Source: Callorhinchus milii (taxonomy: Eukaryota). Taken from it: a stretch of DNA of 64,000 nt. Positions 51,215 to 64,000 of the stretch are shown here, in pieces; positions within the stretch are counted from its first letter, which is position 1; each line of letters begins with the position of its first letter. The notes under the pieces were generated by a model that made no database searches, was not told the origin of the DNA, and saw nothing but the letters and a program-made list of their open reading frames with translations. The DNA is taken from positions 127,784,001 through 127,848,000 of the forward strand of contig NW_024704742.1 in assembly GCF_018977255.1 (NCBI RefSeq), in the 5' to 3' direction. Both the position numbers and the translations under genes were made by a program.

Positions 51215-54200
51215 CTGGTGCTGTGGGGATCTGCCCCCAGTCCTTCCTATTTGTCCTCAGCACAGGTCCGTTCTTCTCTCGATACGTTCCAAATCCCTCA
51301 AAGTGCCTCTTTCTGCCCCCACTTAATTCACTTTCCCTCTTCTCAGCTGAGCTGCTCACAGTGTGCAGGTCCCCATACAGGTCCACTGAAGCCTCCCGTC
51401 TAGTCCGGGCATCGGGACTCGTGTACTTTCTTACACAGGCATCGATTGACTCACTGATGGAATCACTTCTTTCCATGGCCCTTGTCCATTGTGGGAAATC
51501 AGAGAAGGTTAATTTCGACGACATGTCTACGTCAAAGATGTTCTTTGCGGCCTTTTGTCCACTGTGCATTGGTTCGATGTGCTGGTGTCTCAGCTTCTCC
51601 TTGTGTTTACCTTTGTCGGCCACCAGGGAAAGGTCTTTGTCACAACTGTCGAGTTTCTGATGTACTAAAGCTTTAGCAAAATTGGACTTGCACCCAAACA
51701 GCTCCCCTAGATCATCCCTCGAGCCAATGAGCCGTTCGTCCCGGTGTTTGTGCTTGTGCTTATGTTTTCGCTTGTGAATTCGGCTGCTGGATATTCCAGT
51801 GCCACCACCTCTTTGCGATGTCAACGAAGGCTGCATGGTATTTAAATCCACTCCAATTGAAGGCTGCAAGTGCATGGCGTGTTTTGCCTTGTGCTTGGCA
51901 GTGGTTGGCATTTTTAGGTGGGAGCTGGCATGGTACTGGGGCGGGGGCATTGTAGGCCTCATGAAGGGGGAAGACGACCCAAGTGTGTGTGATAGGTAAA
52001 AGGGAGCTGAATATTGCCCATAATACCCAAGGTTCATCATGCCTGTAATAGGCACTGATGTATAAGGCATGCCATAGGGTGCATAGTAACTCCCGCTGGG
52101 GAGTGGGTACCCAAAGCCCTGTAAGAAAGGCACCTTTGTCATAGTCTCTTGGGCTTTAGGAGGTCTACCACGCCTCTTCTTAGACTTGAGATCAGCCGTG
52201 CGGCGAAGGTAGTGTAATGGGTCATAGTGAATGTATGGCACGGGATAGTAGTGGTCAAAGTTGACCCGGAAAATACTGGGATACGGGTTGTCAGGATAAA
52301 ACGAGTAGCTCCGGTGCGAGATGCGAAATATCTGAAACTTCGCGATTAGCTCTTCCAGGTCCGCTATGAACTGAAGGTCATCTCTGCTCTGCATCTGCAG
52401 GCTTTTTTTCTTTCGCCTGTGCTTCTGCTTCTTCATGTTCTCATGTATACGGAACTCGTCCACGACCAGATGTTTCTGCCGGTGCTTTCCCTTCACTCCG
52501 CCGTCCGTCGCCGCACCTTCGCTGGCGTCGAGTGCGCAGAAGTCGAAGGAGTATTTCCGGCGGGATTCGGACCCCTTTTCCGCCTGGTCGGAAGTGCTGT
52601 TGTTATCTGTTCCGATTCCGCTGTCGCTGGGGATGGTCTCTTCGCTGTGGGACTCACTGACGGGCGAGAGGGTGACCTCCTTTAACGACGCCACCTCGGA
52701 CAAGTGAGATGGGGAGTTGGCCAGGAGCCTGGGTGGTGACAGCTTCCAGGTGCTGGTGTGCAGGCTTTTGGGGGGTTTGGTAGGAAGTGCACTGATGGGC
52801 TGAAGGTTTGGCATTGCCTTTGACTCGGATAGGTTGGTCTCACTGCTGATGGGGCTCAGGTTTCCACCTGACCCCATGACCTGGGAGGGCGACAGTTGAG
52901 CACTGCCTGGTGTCATTGCTGCGGCCAGCGGTGAGCCGAAAGGCACGGTTGGGTTTTCCGAATGGGCAGATATTGGCTTGGAGTACTTCTCGGCTCCCTT
53001 GCTTCCCTCTTGCTGTAGCTGGCCCATGCATTTGGGCTTGCGTCCTCTCTTCTTGCCAATATAAATAGTCCCCCTCTTGCTCACGTTGATCTGCTTCCCG
53101 AGCTTGGTCTCGAGGGCGGACGAGATTGCTGACACGGCACTGGAGGTCTGGACTTTCTTCTTCAGCACCGGGTTGTTGGAGTAGGACAGGATCTGGTTCA
53201 GGATGTTCTTCCGTGTCATGCTCTTCATTTTATTGATGGTTTTGATGGTCTTCTTGTCCAGCACGCCTATCTTTCCCTCCTTCTTGGAAAAGGTCACCTC
53301 GCTGGGTTCTGAGGTGACGGAGTCCATCTGCCCCAGCTGAAGAGGACTTTGCCGTTTCTTCTTTTTCTTGTTGGTACTGGGAGATTCTCGACACATGGGG
53401 CTGACCGGGCTGGTGGCAGCTCCCTCGTGAATGGTCTCCACAGTCAGGAGTGGCTGCTTCTTTGGTCTTCCCCGTTTCTTCTTCACAGGAGTGATAACCG
53501 TCAGGCTATCTGTGTTGGAATACAGAGGGCTAGCGGGGGTTATAGGAAAGGCCGAGGGAGGCTCCATCACCATGTTCACTGCCTGCATCATGCTCCTCTC
53601 CTCCAGGAGGCTGATGGTTTTACACTTGGCAGAAATCGTGCCCTTTTTTGCTGCTCGTTTTGGATGCTTCATTTCCTCACATCCCCTCCGGCTCTTGGTG
53701 GGATCTATAAACAAAGGAGAGGTCAGCAGTGCGGTGGGTTTCCGAACCCTGCTTCTGGCCTCTGACACGGCAGCTGAGTCCTGAGCTCTGCCTGCCTCTG
53801 GATTGACTTGACTGAGAACCTTCTGCACGTTTCTACTTTGCTTTGTGACCTTGCCGCTGGCCTGGCTCCTGCTGTTACTTACACCGTCTCCAGCGCTGGG
53901 GAAGTTGCTATTATCAGCCTTTTTTACAGCTGATTCAGCACTCATTGGTTCTGATTGCAGGCTTTTATCCAAAATTGCTTTAGACAGCCGTCCCTTTCGT
54001 GTTCTGGTGCCTGTTGACAAGGCAGTCTGTGGCTTTACTGGCATTCTGATCAATACGGTGCTGGAATCCTTGTCTTGACTGCCCACCGCGCTGACCCTGG
54101 ACGGGGAGGATCTGGCCAGCGCCTCTGCATTTGTGACATGACTCGCAAGGGTATCTTTTTTACTCTTTCCGCTCCCGTGGCATTCCAGCTCCTGTACCTT

Positions 54201-54749
54201 TTGACTACTTTTGTCCCACTCTGCGTCCATGCTCTCCGTCGCCTGGTTTTTAGAGCATTTGTTGGTGTCTTTCCTACCGGGTTTCCCGGCCCCATTTCCG
54301 TGCGGGGAATGCTCTTTGCACTCCGAGTATCCTTTCTCTTGGTCCATTGGTGGAGTCTGCATTGTCTTGCCCTCGGGCCGACCGATGGACTGAGGCAGTA
54401 AGTTGCCTAGTCGGCCGCTACCAGTGATGGAGAGACCCCCGTGACTGCTGGTAAAAGGATTCCAAGTACAGCCGGCAGGGACAGGCCTGCTCAGCTGGGA
54501 CTTTGCAAAGTCACAGAACTGATCCGAAACTGACTTTGCGCTGCTCGTGATCTCTCTACGGGCATCGACATCTGTTGCATTACTCTGAATGGCAGGGGAG
54601 ACTCCAGCAGTCGCAGACCATTCAAGCTGGATCTGATTAACCCGATCTTGGTACTTTGGTTTCACACTGTCAGCGCTGAAGTCATGCTGCAACCTCGAGG
54701 GAAGCTCACTGAAACGTACTTCGGGTTGCTTGTGAGATCGTGCCTGACC
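51215..54749 (-). CDS. SETBP1: SET-binding protein 1, large internal coding exon (equivalent to human exon 4), 3535 nt
   Basis: The ORF 51171..54692 translation contains blocks I recognise from vertebrate SETBP1: KKKRGRPKKQPLLTVETIHEG, KLGKQINVSKRGTIYIGKKRGRKPK, SESHSEETIPSDSGIGTDNNSTSDQAEK, DLEELIAKFQIFRISHRSY, HKRKHKHKHKH, EGFGTYREK. Acceptor ttttgacag|GGT at 54750/54749 (phase 0, in frame); donor CCAG|gtaag at 51215/51214 (phase 1). Confidence 0.96.
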
Positions 54750-57645
54750 CTGTCAAAAGATAAACAACCGTTTAGCAAACTTGACCTTTAGGTGAGGAAT
54801 TATATAGAGCAGCGGATGCATGCTGCGAGCGAGCGCAATCAGAGAAAGAAGGTCAGACACCAGCGTGAACTGCAAAAGCAAAGCTTGAAGTGTTTAGAAA
54901 ACCGGAGGACAGATTCTGAACTTGCCTTCACCCCTTGGTGCTGGTTTGTGTGCCCGATACATATGGGATTTGTTGCTTCCACCCCACCCTTCACTCTTCC
55001 ACACTTCCCTGCTCAAATGAATGTCACCAGCAGCATTTGTTGTACATAGCACACATGCACATAACGTAGGAAGTGTTGAGAGCATTGCTTCTTGTATACA
55101 GGAGGCAGGAAGTGACAGCGGTGGTGACCCAAAGGCGCCAGAAGTAGTCTCAGAGATATTGGTTTCAGCCAAATGCATTATAATTGGATAACCCTGCAAC
55201 TTGCAATCCAAATTGGTCCGCAAAACAGCACTCTTTTTCCCCAACTGAATCCCATAAAATGTACAAAAGGACAACATCATCTTTAGGAACTATCTCCAAT
55301 CTGCTTTACTGCATCCCTGTCCTGGGAGCAGAATGTTCTTCGTGCCAGTGGTAGCTGCCAACACACGTCATCTTCCTAATGTAGGACAAATGGCTCGCAA
55401 CACCATCACAACCAATTTTAGAGCTAAATACTCCAATTCACTCCGCAGTGCAGTGCACACCAGATCAGCCTGAACAAAACACAGCTGTGCTGCCTTTCAG
55501 CTGCAGATGTCTATACCAAAGTGAAGTATTGTTGATAAGAAGGCAAAAGCACGTTGTAGGCATAGTATTGATACTCGGTCACCTGATATCTCGAGTGCAT
55601 TTGTACATAGTTGTCAGTGCAGAATTTACTACATGCAATCCCAGTGCCATTTGAACAGCAGCAAACTGGCACTACACTTCCCTTTGTTTTCTGTTATACA
55701 CTGCGCAGCCCCGTTTTCACACTTCACTATAGCCGGAGGTTGCTTATAACAGGTTTCACCCTTGTTGATGACACTTCCTGCTTTGTGGAGGTGTGTGTGC
55801 GGAAAACAGGAAGTGGCAGTGTTAGCATTAGTACTGGAGAGCACTTTTTCACTGCATTTGTTCAGTGATTTTATTTTTGTTCAGCCAGGTGTCCAGCACA
55901 ACACACACACACACAAATTGCCACACTTAAGAGTGCCCTAACCAAACTATGGAGAGATCCACATATGCATGCAAATTTCTGTTTGTTTGGAATGGCACAA
56001 TCTGTCCCCTGAGGGACGCACCCTGGTTACTTAATTCTGGTAAATTGAGGAGCAGGTTGGCAACAGCCAAGGTTTGGGGACCCCTGAGCGTGTCATAGAA
56101 GTTTTCAGTGAAGTTTTGTGACCGTATTTTGTCAGTAAAAGTAGTAGCCAATTTGCGCACAGCAATGTTTCATTAAAACCATGAAATGACTGAAGAAATG
56201 TATTATACAATACAATTTACACTTATATAGCGTCTCACTTAGAGAAGTCATCTCATCATGATTGGCACTGCTGGCTGGGTACACCCGAGCTGGGGGTGGG
56301 AGCTGAGAAGGGGAAAGATGACCGAAAGCGTGGTCAAAGAGGTATGATTATTTATTTATTACTACTCTTGATGATTATTTATTTATTCTCCAACTATTTG
56401 GGAGATTTTTGACCAGGAACGCAGGAGAAGCTCCCTTCTCTTTTAAAATAGTGCCACAGGATCTTTAACGTTCATCTGAATCAAAGGATGGCCCCTCTGA
56501 CAATGTAGAGCTCTCCCAGGACTGGATATAAAAGAGCGTTTCCTGCACAGACTGAATGTATAGCCCATGAACATCAGAGTTAAACAACACTGGGAGCTTA
56601 AATGCTTCTGGACTGTGTGTTCAGAAGTACTCAATACCAGGACCTACTAAGTGTTGTGGCTAACACAGCAGATCTGTTTTGCCACATGCCTATTACGGGA
56701 TTTTGCACAAGTGTTCTTTCCATTCCATGTTTGTAAACAATGGGATTCCCCCTTACAAACATGTAAGAGAAAGATTGATCGGCAGATAGCAGATCCTTCA
56801 AACAGCGAATTCCCTTCCTGTCGACAACATTTATGCCCTTGGAGAACATATTCTGAAAGATAGGTGCTCCAGTGTCACCTGCCAGCGAGCGTGCTGAGCA
56901 TCAGCCTCTCTGGTGTCTGACCCTCTCATTAACAATATAAGCAGTCAGCGCTGGCTTGACCGCTGCTGTTCTATAACGAGGAATGAGCTGTGCGAGAACT
57001 TGCAATCTGACTGTAAAATGCAGCTTGACTATTTGATCCTCGAGGAATCACTGCAATTAACCAACTGTCTATCTGTGATTCCTGTCCAACTCCCCAAAGA
57101 TATTTATTTATTGTACCTAGCGAATCGAGCTCTGAGCAGTTATTTCTCAAGCGAAATGCTTTATTAAGAGGCCTTATGAAGTGCGATAAGCAGCTGGTTA
57201 GCATGCCTTTAGTTGCTACCTGCTGTGATTTTTCAAACATCTGAACCATTGTTCAATTCATTTACATAGACTAATAAATTCAGAATTTAAAAAACATACA
57301 CCGCAGATTGTTCGACTGGGTTAATTACAACACGTTCTCTGTGTGCAGCCAAATTGAAAGCAGTCAAATGCTCAAAGCCATCATCAGCAAATTTGTTTTA
57401 AAAAATTAATAACATTAGTGACTGCAGTCTCGTCTGCAGCAAAACACTGATCTGGTCCCTGAGGAATAGATCACTTTCAGTGTCCTTGTTTCCTTTCTGC
57501 CAATGATTGTGCATTGACATTAGACAACAAAACCTCATAAACAGAGCGTACAAAATTGCAAGCCAAATTTTTTAAAAGTTGCTTGATTTTTAATCAAAAA
57601 ATGTTTGGCCGTAACCTTGAAACTCCACTGAGATACTTTATATCA

Positions 57646-58075
57646 ACACACACACACACACATTAAAATTGTTCCGGTGAAACATTGCGTTGGGTGCAAT
57701 AAAACACAAAACAAGTGAATTCAAAAAGTAAACGGTCTTTAAAAATCTGAAAAAAAACTGAAAGGTTGTTGGCATCCAGGAGAATACTGTGTTTAACATC
57801 AGATAACAAATACTGCGGGTCTGACCTCTCTCTCTCTCTCTCTCTGTGTGACATAAAGATAGATAGCTCTACGTGAAGTCAGTCAACATGAAGAGAAAAC
57901 TGTACTTCTCAGTTTAGCCGTAGCTGCTTCCAATGCTTCTTTCTCCCCTGAGGCAACATTGTGAGGCACCACAAGCCTGGGATGCAGCTGTAAGGATCGG
58001 GAATTGATTTGGTAACACCCAGCAATGGCGGCAGAGCCCTAAACTGAGTGTAAGGAATGTGTGTGTGTGTGTGAG
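57646..58075. repeat. Short microsatellites: (AC)n 57646-57662, (CT)n 57825-57845, (TG)n 58058-58072
   Basis: Directly visible dinucleotide runs. Confidence 0.85.
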
Positions 58076-59959
58076 AGAGGAGGGAGCGAGACAGTGAAAC
58101 AGAAACCAGGTGATTAGGCCTAAGCCACTCACCTTGGGCTTGTCTTCATAAAGTAAACATACAAGAGCCAGTGGCTGTTCCTGCAAATCAGTGGAGCTCT
58201 GAATCTGATGAAATCACACTGAGAACCTGATAAAGGAGATTTATTACAAACGCAGGGCAGTCATCTTCCAACCGTCTCATTATTCCTGAATACGACAAGC
58301 TGCTGCGGCACTCTGGCCCCCCCTGCTCCTCCCTCCCCCACCACCACCCCTTAACTCTCGCACTTAGCATGCAGTACATGTCAGGATTGCTGTAATAGGG
58401 CCAATAAAAATGCCTGCACGCTCGCAGGGGTCACAGCGATGCAGCTGCGTGCTTGTTCAGTCTATCTGCTTTACGCTAATGCACTGAATTATCCCAGCTC
58501 TGCTTCAGATCTCTGAGCCACGCAAAGAAAATATTAAAAACTAACATCCCGAGTTTTACAGCTGATGCCCTCTGACACCACAAGGCTCATTTGAATAGAC
58601 TGCCTCATTAATGAACTAACTCCTGATAAAGTAGACAAGCCGCTTCTCCATTAAATTGCCTTACATTCCTCATAAACACCAACGACTGTATTTGGGAATT
58701 TGGATAAAAGCAGGGAAAAGCATGATTGTTTGCACAAAATCTCCTAGAACAGGAGTGGTGAGGGCACCGAGGGTGAGTTAAGTCACCCTCTTACCTCCAC
58801 CCTCTCTGCCCTCCATCCCTCCTGATCCCAACTTGCTTGCAAATCCTTGAGTATCCAAGCGTTGGGACATCCTCATGATGGGAAAGGCGCAATACAAATG
58901 TGATTTGTTGTTGTTGTTGTAACAAAGCACAAAAGTGTGTGTTTTTTGTCTTCCTTTTGAAATGATGGGAATTTATTGGGTGACACATTAAGACATCGAT
59001 CATTTTCATTTTCACCTAAATGGCCTACTCCTGTTCCTATTGGATACATACCTGGCCAGCCCAGATTTGTGGCCTCACGAGGTGGTAATAAGTATGAAGA
59101 ACTCCCTGTGAGCTTCCTGGTGAGCAGTTCATCAAATACATGAGGGCATTGTCAGTGCGTTCAGACCCACAGCTCAGACACACATTCCTACCCATTGAGC
59201 AATGATTCCACCAGTTGGAAGTATGGAGCTTGAGAAGCAGTTGCTTATTTCTGTGTATACTAATCAACATAGATCTGAAGGCCTGTATATACATGAGTTT
59301 ATGTTCATACAGACCGCAGGTAATGCCTTCCAGCAGTTGAGTGCAAAACCTCGGAATTTCCTCATCAGCTATTCGACACTCCTTTAGTGTGGTGAAAGGA
59401 CCCATGTAGGACAGCTTGTGATGTGCCAGCTCCTGTCTGTGATTCTTACTAACCCCAGGCCACTATCAGTTTCTCTGGGGTTTCACAAATTACATTCAGA
59501 TTAGTCAAAGACAGATGACATCTTAAGTGTCCTAAATTTATTTTCTGAGACACTTCAGACATTCATATAATTAGGGGTAATCTGGCTACATTATTTTCAG
59601 TTCCCCTTGGAATCTTGAAAGATGGCACAGTAGTCTTATTTGGGGGCAGGAATTCTTTCCACTTGATTCCTGTTTACTCTTCAAGCCAACGCCCTCACGG
59701 GAAGAATGGTCCTAGCTGGACAAGCAGCAGGAAGTTTGTCAGCCAATGATTGCTGTCAATCGAAAGATTTTTAGCTGATTAAACTCCTCCACACTCTGGG
59801 GTCCCCAAGCCGAGGCTCTCGTGAAATTGTGCCTAATACTCTCTGGAATTAGGTAAGCAGGATGAATCCCGACAGGCAGAGAATGAGTGAAAAGACAAGG
59901 AAAATGTTCCTGCGTAGGTGGAATGCTTATGTGTCATTTGGAACACTAAGCATGTGTCT

Positions 59960-60398
59960 ATCAGTCTGTCTCAGTTGGTAGCACTTTTGTCACTGAATCC
60001 GAAGCTTGTGGGTTCAAGCCCCATTTCAGGACTTGTCCTCACATAGTCTAGGTTGATGCTCCGTTGCGGTGCTGGAGGTATGTCGCATTATCGGAGGTGC
60101 TGTCATTCGGATGAGACGTTAAACCGAGGTCCCATCTGCCAGTTCAGGTGGATGTTAAAAATCCTATGATATCACTCAAAAGAGAAAGGAGATTTTCCCA
60201 GTGTCTCAGCTAACAATCCCTCAAATAAAATTGGTCATTTGTTTCATGGCTGCTTGTGGGACATTGCTTTGTGCAACTAGGCTGCTGTATTCACCAACAA
60301 ATATACAGTCAATCAACTTCACAGTAAATTTGCTTTAGGACATCCTCCCGACGTGAAAGTTGCTTTATCAAATGCAAGAATCACTGTTATGATTATTA
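59960..60398 (+). mobile_element. Full-length SINE family B
   Basis: A and B boxes (tctcagttggtagc; ggttcaagccc), ggaggtgctgtcattcggatgagacgttaaaccgaggtccc Deu-like block, tail ggacatcctcccgacgtgaaag...aaatgcaag. Confidence 0.87.
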
Positions 60399-61514
60399 CT
60401 CTCAGTCTGGTTTGAATACCCTTAAGCAAGTTGATGCATTTCCGCATGGCTGAGCAAAAAAATGTTCCTGAACTATAAAAATAAACTTCATAAGATGTGA
60501 TTTAGGGCAGAGCGTTTTTGGCACCAAATATCCAACAATGGTTTTGAAAGATGGCATTGAGGCCATAATTGATTCATGAAATATAAAAATAAGGATCAGA
60601 TTGCATGCAGTTGCCGATGGTGTAATTAGGTCCCAGTGCAATATGCCAAGGCTCTCTGCCACATTGTAAAAACTCACTTCAATAATACCAAGTTACAGCA
60701 AACTCCAAGTCCCTTGCATTGTATGGCCCCAATTTACAACCCAAATAAATTGTATACAAACACCCCTTCCATTAAAATAGTCCCTGCAATCAAAAGGGCC
60801 AAAGGTGAACTATCGGACCCTCAAATATGATCAGAAGTGCAGAATGCTTCCAAACACATTTACGTGGGGTTGTGCTGCCACTGTATCAGAATGAAAATGA
60901 ATTTGCTTTCAGAGTTAGTGTGGGGAGAGTTGAGTTTGGTCGATGTACCTGCAGGAGTGCGTTACTTTTCTCAAGAATGCCAGTGAGGGTGGGGGTGGGG
61001 CATGGCCCAGGCACTCACCACTCCTTGCACACATAATGGCTTTTCACGCCAGTGAACATGGAGCTGGGCAGGAATGACCTAATTGTGTGGGGTTCACACA
61101 GTTTTTGACATCCCACCAGTGACTCCCAATTAAAAATAGAATGAGGCCGTGAAAGGATATAATTAGATCCACTTTCTCTCTCTCTGGCAAGATTACGGGA
61201 AAACACAAACCGCACTGGAGAGGCTGGCATTCTAAACTCAAACCGGCTGTCAAGTGGTTTGTCGCCAGTGGCATTTGTGGTAAGTGACCTTTGAAAAACG
61301 AGCCTGGAGCAATAACCTTTTAATGTTTAACTTCTCAACTGTGGAGTGTAAAAGGAAGGCTGAATGGAAAGGGTAGCGTAATGCCTCGGTGTAGATTTCA
61401 AGCTTGCTTGAGTGCAATCATTTATAAATGAAGAACTTCCAATTAATTTGATACACGAGTGGAATTTTTGCGATAGGAAAGGGGCAATGTTGGAAACCTA
61501 TGGTAGAGTCCTGT

Positions 61515-62625
61515 TGTCACACCGCCTCCACTTTGTCGCTGCAAACGGTTTCTCCTCCAGCCGCCGCACTGTCTCGTGCGGTGTTCCACAGGGCTCTGTC
61601 CTCAGTCCCCTCCTCTTCACCCTCTACATGCTCCCCCTTGGTGACGTCATACGCAGTAAATTTCTACATATACGGGGATGACACCCAACTCTACCTCCAC
61701 CCTGAACTCCAGGACTACTGAGGTCCTGACCGATGCCTGTCCGACATCAAGTCCTGGACAAGGGCCAACTTTCTCTAACTCAACATCAGCAAGACCAAGG
61801 CCCTCCTGATTGGCTCGCAAGGGCCTCAGGCTCTGGCAGCATCAGCCTCCATGGCTGCACACTAACCTCACTAAGCCAGTCAGGAACCTGTGGGTCTTGT
61901 TTGACCCTGAACTGTCCTTTCTCCCCCACATCTGCGCCATGACCGGCACTGCCTACCACCACCTCCGCAACATTGCTAGACTCTGCCACTACCTCACCCC
62001 TCAGGCTGCCAAAACCCTCACTCATGCATTCAGCACCTCCAGGCTTGATTACGGGAACACCCTCCTCATCAGCCTTCCCAACTCTTCCCTTCACAAACTG
62101 CAGATCATCCAAAACTCTGCAGCTCATGTGCTCTCACGCACCAGGCTCCGCAAACCCATCACTCCCACCCTCGCCCGACTCCACTGGCTCCCCATTCCCC
62201 AGAGGATCGAGTTCAAGATCCTCGTCCTCACCTTTAAGGCCATCCACTGCCTTGCCCCCTCCTACTTCTCTGATCTGCTGACTCCATACCAAACTGCCCG
62301 TTCCCTCCGTTCATCAGGCTCCGGCCTGCTCCATGTCTCCCGCCCGACCCGCCCTACCATCGGTGCCCGGACTTTCAGCCGCTCTGCCCCCACACTCTGG
62401 AACTCCATCCCACGGTCTCTTCGCCTCACTTCCTCCCTTGCCTCCTTCAAGGCCGGTCTCAAGACCCTTCTCTTCGATCGTGCCTTTGGTCTCCTTCCCA
62501 CCTCTCTGCCTTCCCTCACTCCTACACCACCCCTCCCCCATGCTTGGGCCCCGACACCTGACTGTTCAGCGCTTTGGGACATCCTCACGATGTGAAAGGT
62601 GCTCTACAAATACAAGATAACAACA
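61515..62625 (+). mobile_element. 5'-truncated L2-clade LINE with disrupted RT core and intact 3' end
   Basis: [25 protein letters not shown] (YADD-like), SRLDYGNTLL...LHWLPIPQRIEFKILVLTFKAIH...LWNSIP, with frameshifts and stops. Tail cagcgctttgggacatcc...gtgaaaggtgctctacaaatacaag. Confidence 0.93.
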
Positions 62626-62801
62626 AGATTCCATTTATAAAGCGCCTTTCACGTCAGGAGGACGTCCCAAGGCGCTGCACAGTTGGGTCAGGACCCGAGC
62701 AGGGGGAAATGGTCAGGGTGAGGGGAGGGAAGGGAGGGAGCGAGGAGGGGGGAAATGGTCAGGGTGAGGGGAGGGAAGGGAGGGAGCGAGGAGGGGAAAT
62801 G
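62620..62801 (-). mobile_element. Short L2 3' end, tail-to-tail with the preceding L2, containing a ~45-bp G-rich tandem duplication
   Basis: atttataaagcgcctttcacgtcaggaggacgtcccaaggcgctg is nearly identical to the L2 tail at 14013-14057. The unit ggggaaatggtcagggtgaggggagggaagggagggagcgagga occurs twice in 62702-62801. Confidence 0.75.
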
Positions 62802-64000
62802 TAATTTTGTTCATGTTGTAACATGTTTGGGGGGGGGGGTGCATAAAATCCCAACCAGTGTTATAAGGTGGAGGGGTCACTGGTTGGAGCTTCTGCATCC
62901 CCTGCAGAAAGCTGACTGGCTTCCCGACAAGATAGGGCCCGTTACCATAATATATGCTAATAATACCAGCTCTCAAATGGAAGCTTGTTAGGTTCTGTCC
63001 CAGAGCGCTTATAAACAAAAATAAAGACAACAGACTCTGAGACCCTATCCTGCATGAAGGGTGCTCTATAAATGCAAGTTGTTGCTATGATGTTATTTTA
63101 ATGGCTGGCATGGTGAAGATAAATTTTTGCCATTTTTTAAAAATTATAGTTTGTTTACTTTGAAGAAAAATGTTCTCGTCCCCCTGACTCCATTGTCCTC
63201 CACGGTCCTCCTACAATCTGTGGGCACTGATATCTTCCCATAATTTTATGAACTGTTTAACTAAACCCTGAAAAATGCATCTTGCTTGTTGGCAACAGTC
63301 TCCCCCACACCCCCCACACACACACTTATGAGAGAAACAGGTGTACCTGGAGTTTATGCCAGTGTTACAACAATCCTGTGTTGAACCTTATTAAAGCTGA
63401 AAGGTTAACAAAAGCCAGCTTCATTCACGTCAATTAAGCAATGCAACGCATGGGAAAAAACATTCAGTTACTAACTTCATTAAGTATTGTTTCGGTAAAA
63501 CGGTAATGATTATCCCTCCCCTCCTCCCCCACCACCTTTACAATAGCACATGAAAGTGGTAACTTGCATCTTACTAACAGCATGTGGCAGTTATAATAAA
63601 GAAATTAAACTCTAATAACTAAAAGCAGATTCACTTCAAATAGAAATGCAAGGAAATACAAAGCATTTGTCAATATTAAACATGATACTGTAGAAGATTT
63701 ATTATAATATTGTATGTTAGACTCTATGTATCCCGCACATTAAATCAATGTTTCTGCATGACTAAGAATGTTCCGAATGCTTAAAAGACTGTGGCTGACT
63801 ATTGTGGAAGGGGAAGGATGTTGGATCTCTTTGGGGCAGAGCAGTGTTTGAAGTAACCTCGTGTTTGATTTTCGGAATTAGGAGTGATTTCAATAAGGTA
63901 AATAGAGAGGAATTACATACACTCATCTCTCAGTCAACAGAGTAGAAATTTAACATTTAACAGACCGTTAACGAAACCAAAGACAGAGGTAGGGAGTTAT

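Noticed and set aside
51205..54401. Multiple plus-strand ORFs opposite exon 4
   Set aside because: They are antisense shadows of a GC-richer coding exon, with no recognisable protein similarity.
51171..54692. The 1173-aa ORF as a standalone intronless gene, or as ASH1L
   Set aside because: It begins at TTG within an exon and reads through a canonical donor at 51214. The downstream exons and C-terminus match SETBP1, and no SET, bromo or PHD exons are present.

Overview
Vertebrate genomic DNA, most likely a cartilaginous fish (inferred from the Deu-domain SINE, CR1 and L2 repeat landscape). It holds the 3' part of a SETBP1 gene on the minus strand: the large exon 4 equivalent (54749-51215, with AT-hooks and the conserved SDSGIGT degron), a 165-nt exon 5 that the ORF track misses (15567-15403), the last coding exon (11145-10577) and a ~2.9-kb 3' UTR ending near AATAAA at 7655-7660. 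All splice phases are compatible. The upstream coding exons appear to lie outside the window. The introns are dense with retroposons: two tRNA-headed SINE families sharing a Deu-like 3' body and an L2-type tail, 5'-truncated L2 and CR1 LINEs, four nested insertions and older palindromic MITE-like remnants. I found no convincing novel biological system. The most noteworthy observations are a chimeric SINE family and its deletion subfamily, a tail-to-tail L2 hairpin, an unexplained dispersed GCAGGAAGTGACA-bearing repeat and a ~134-bp local duplication in intron 4.
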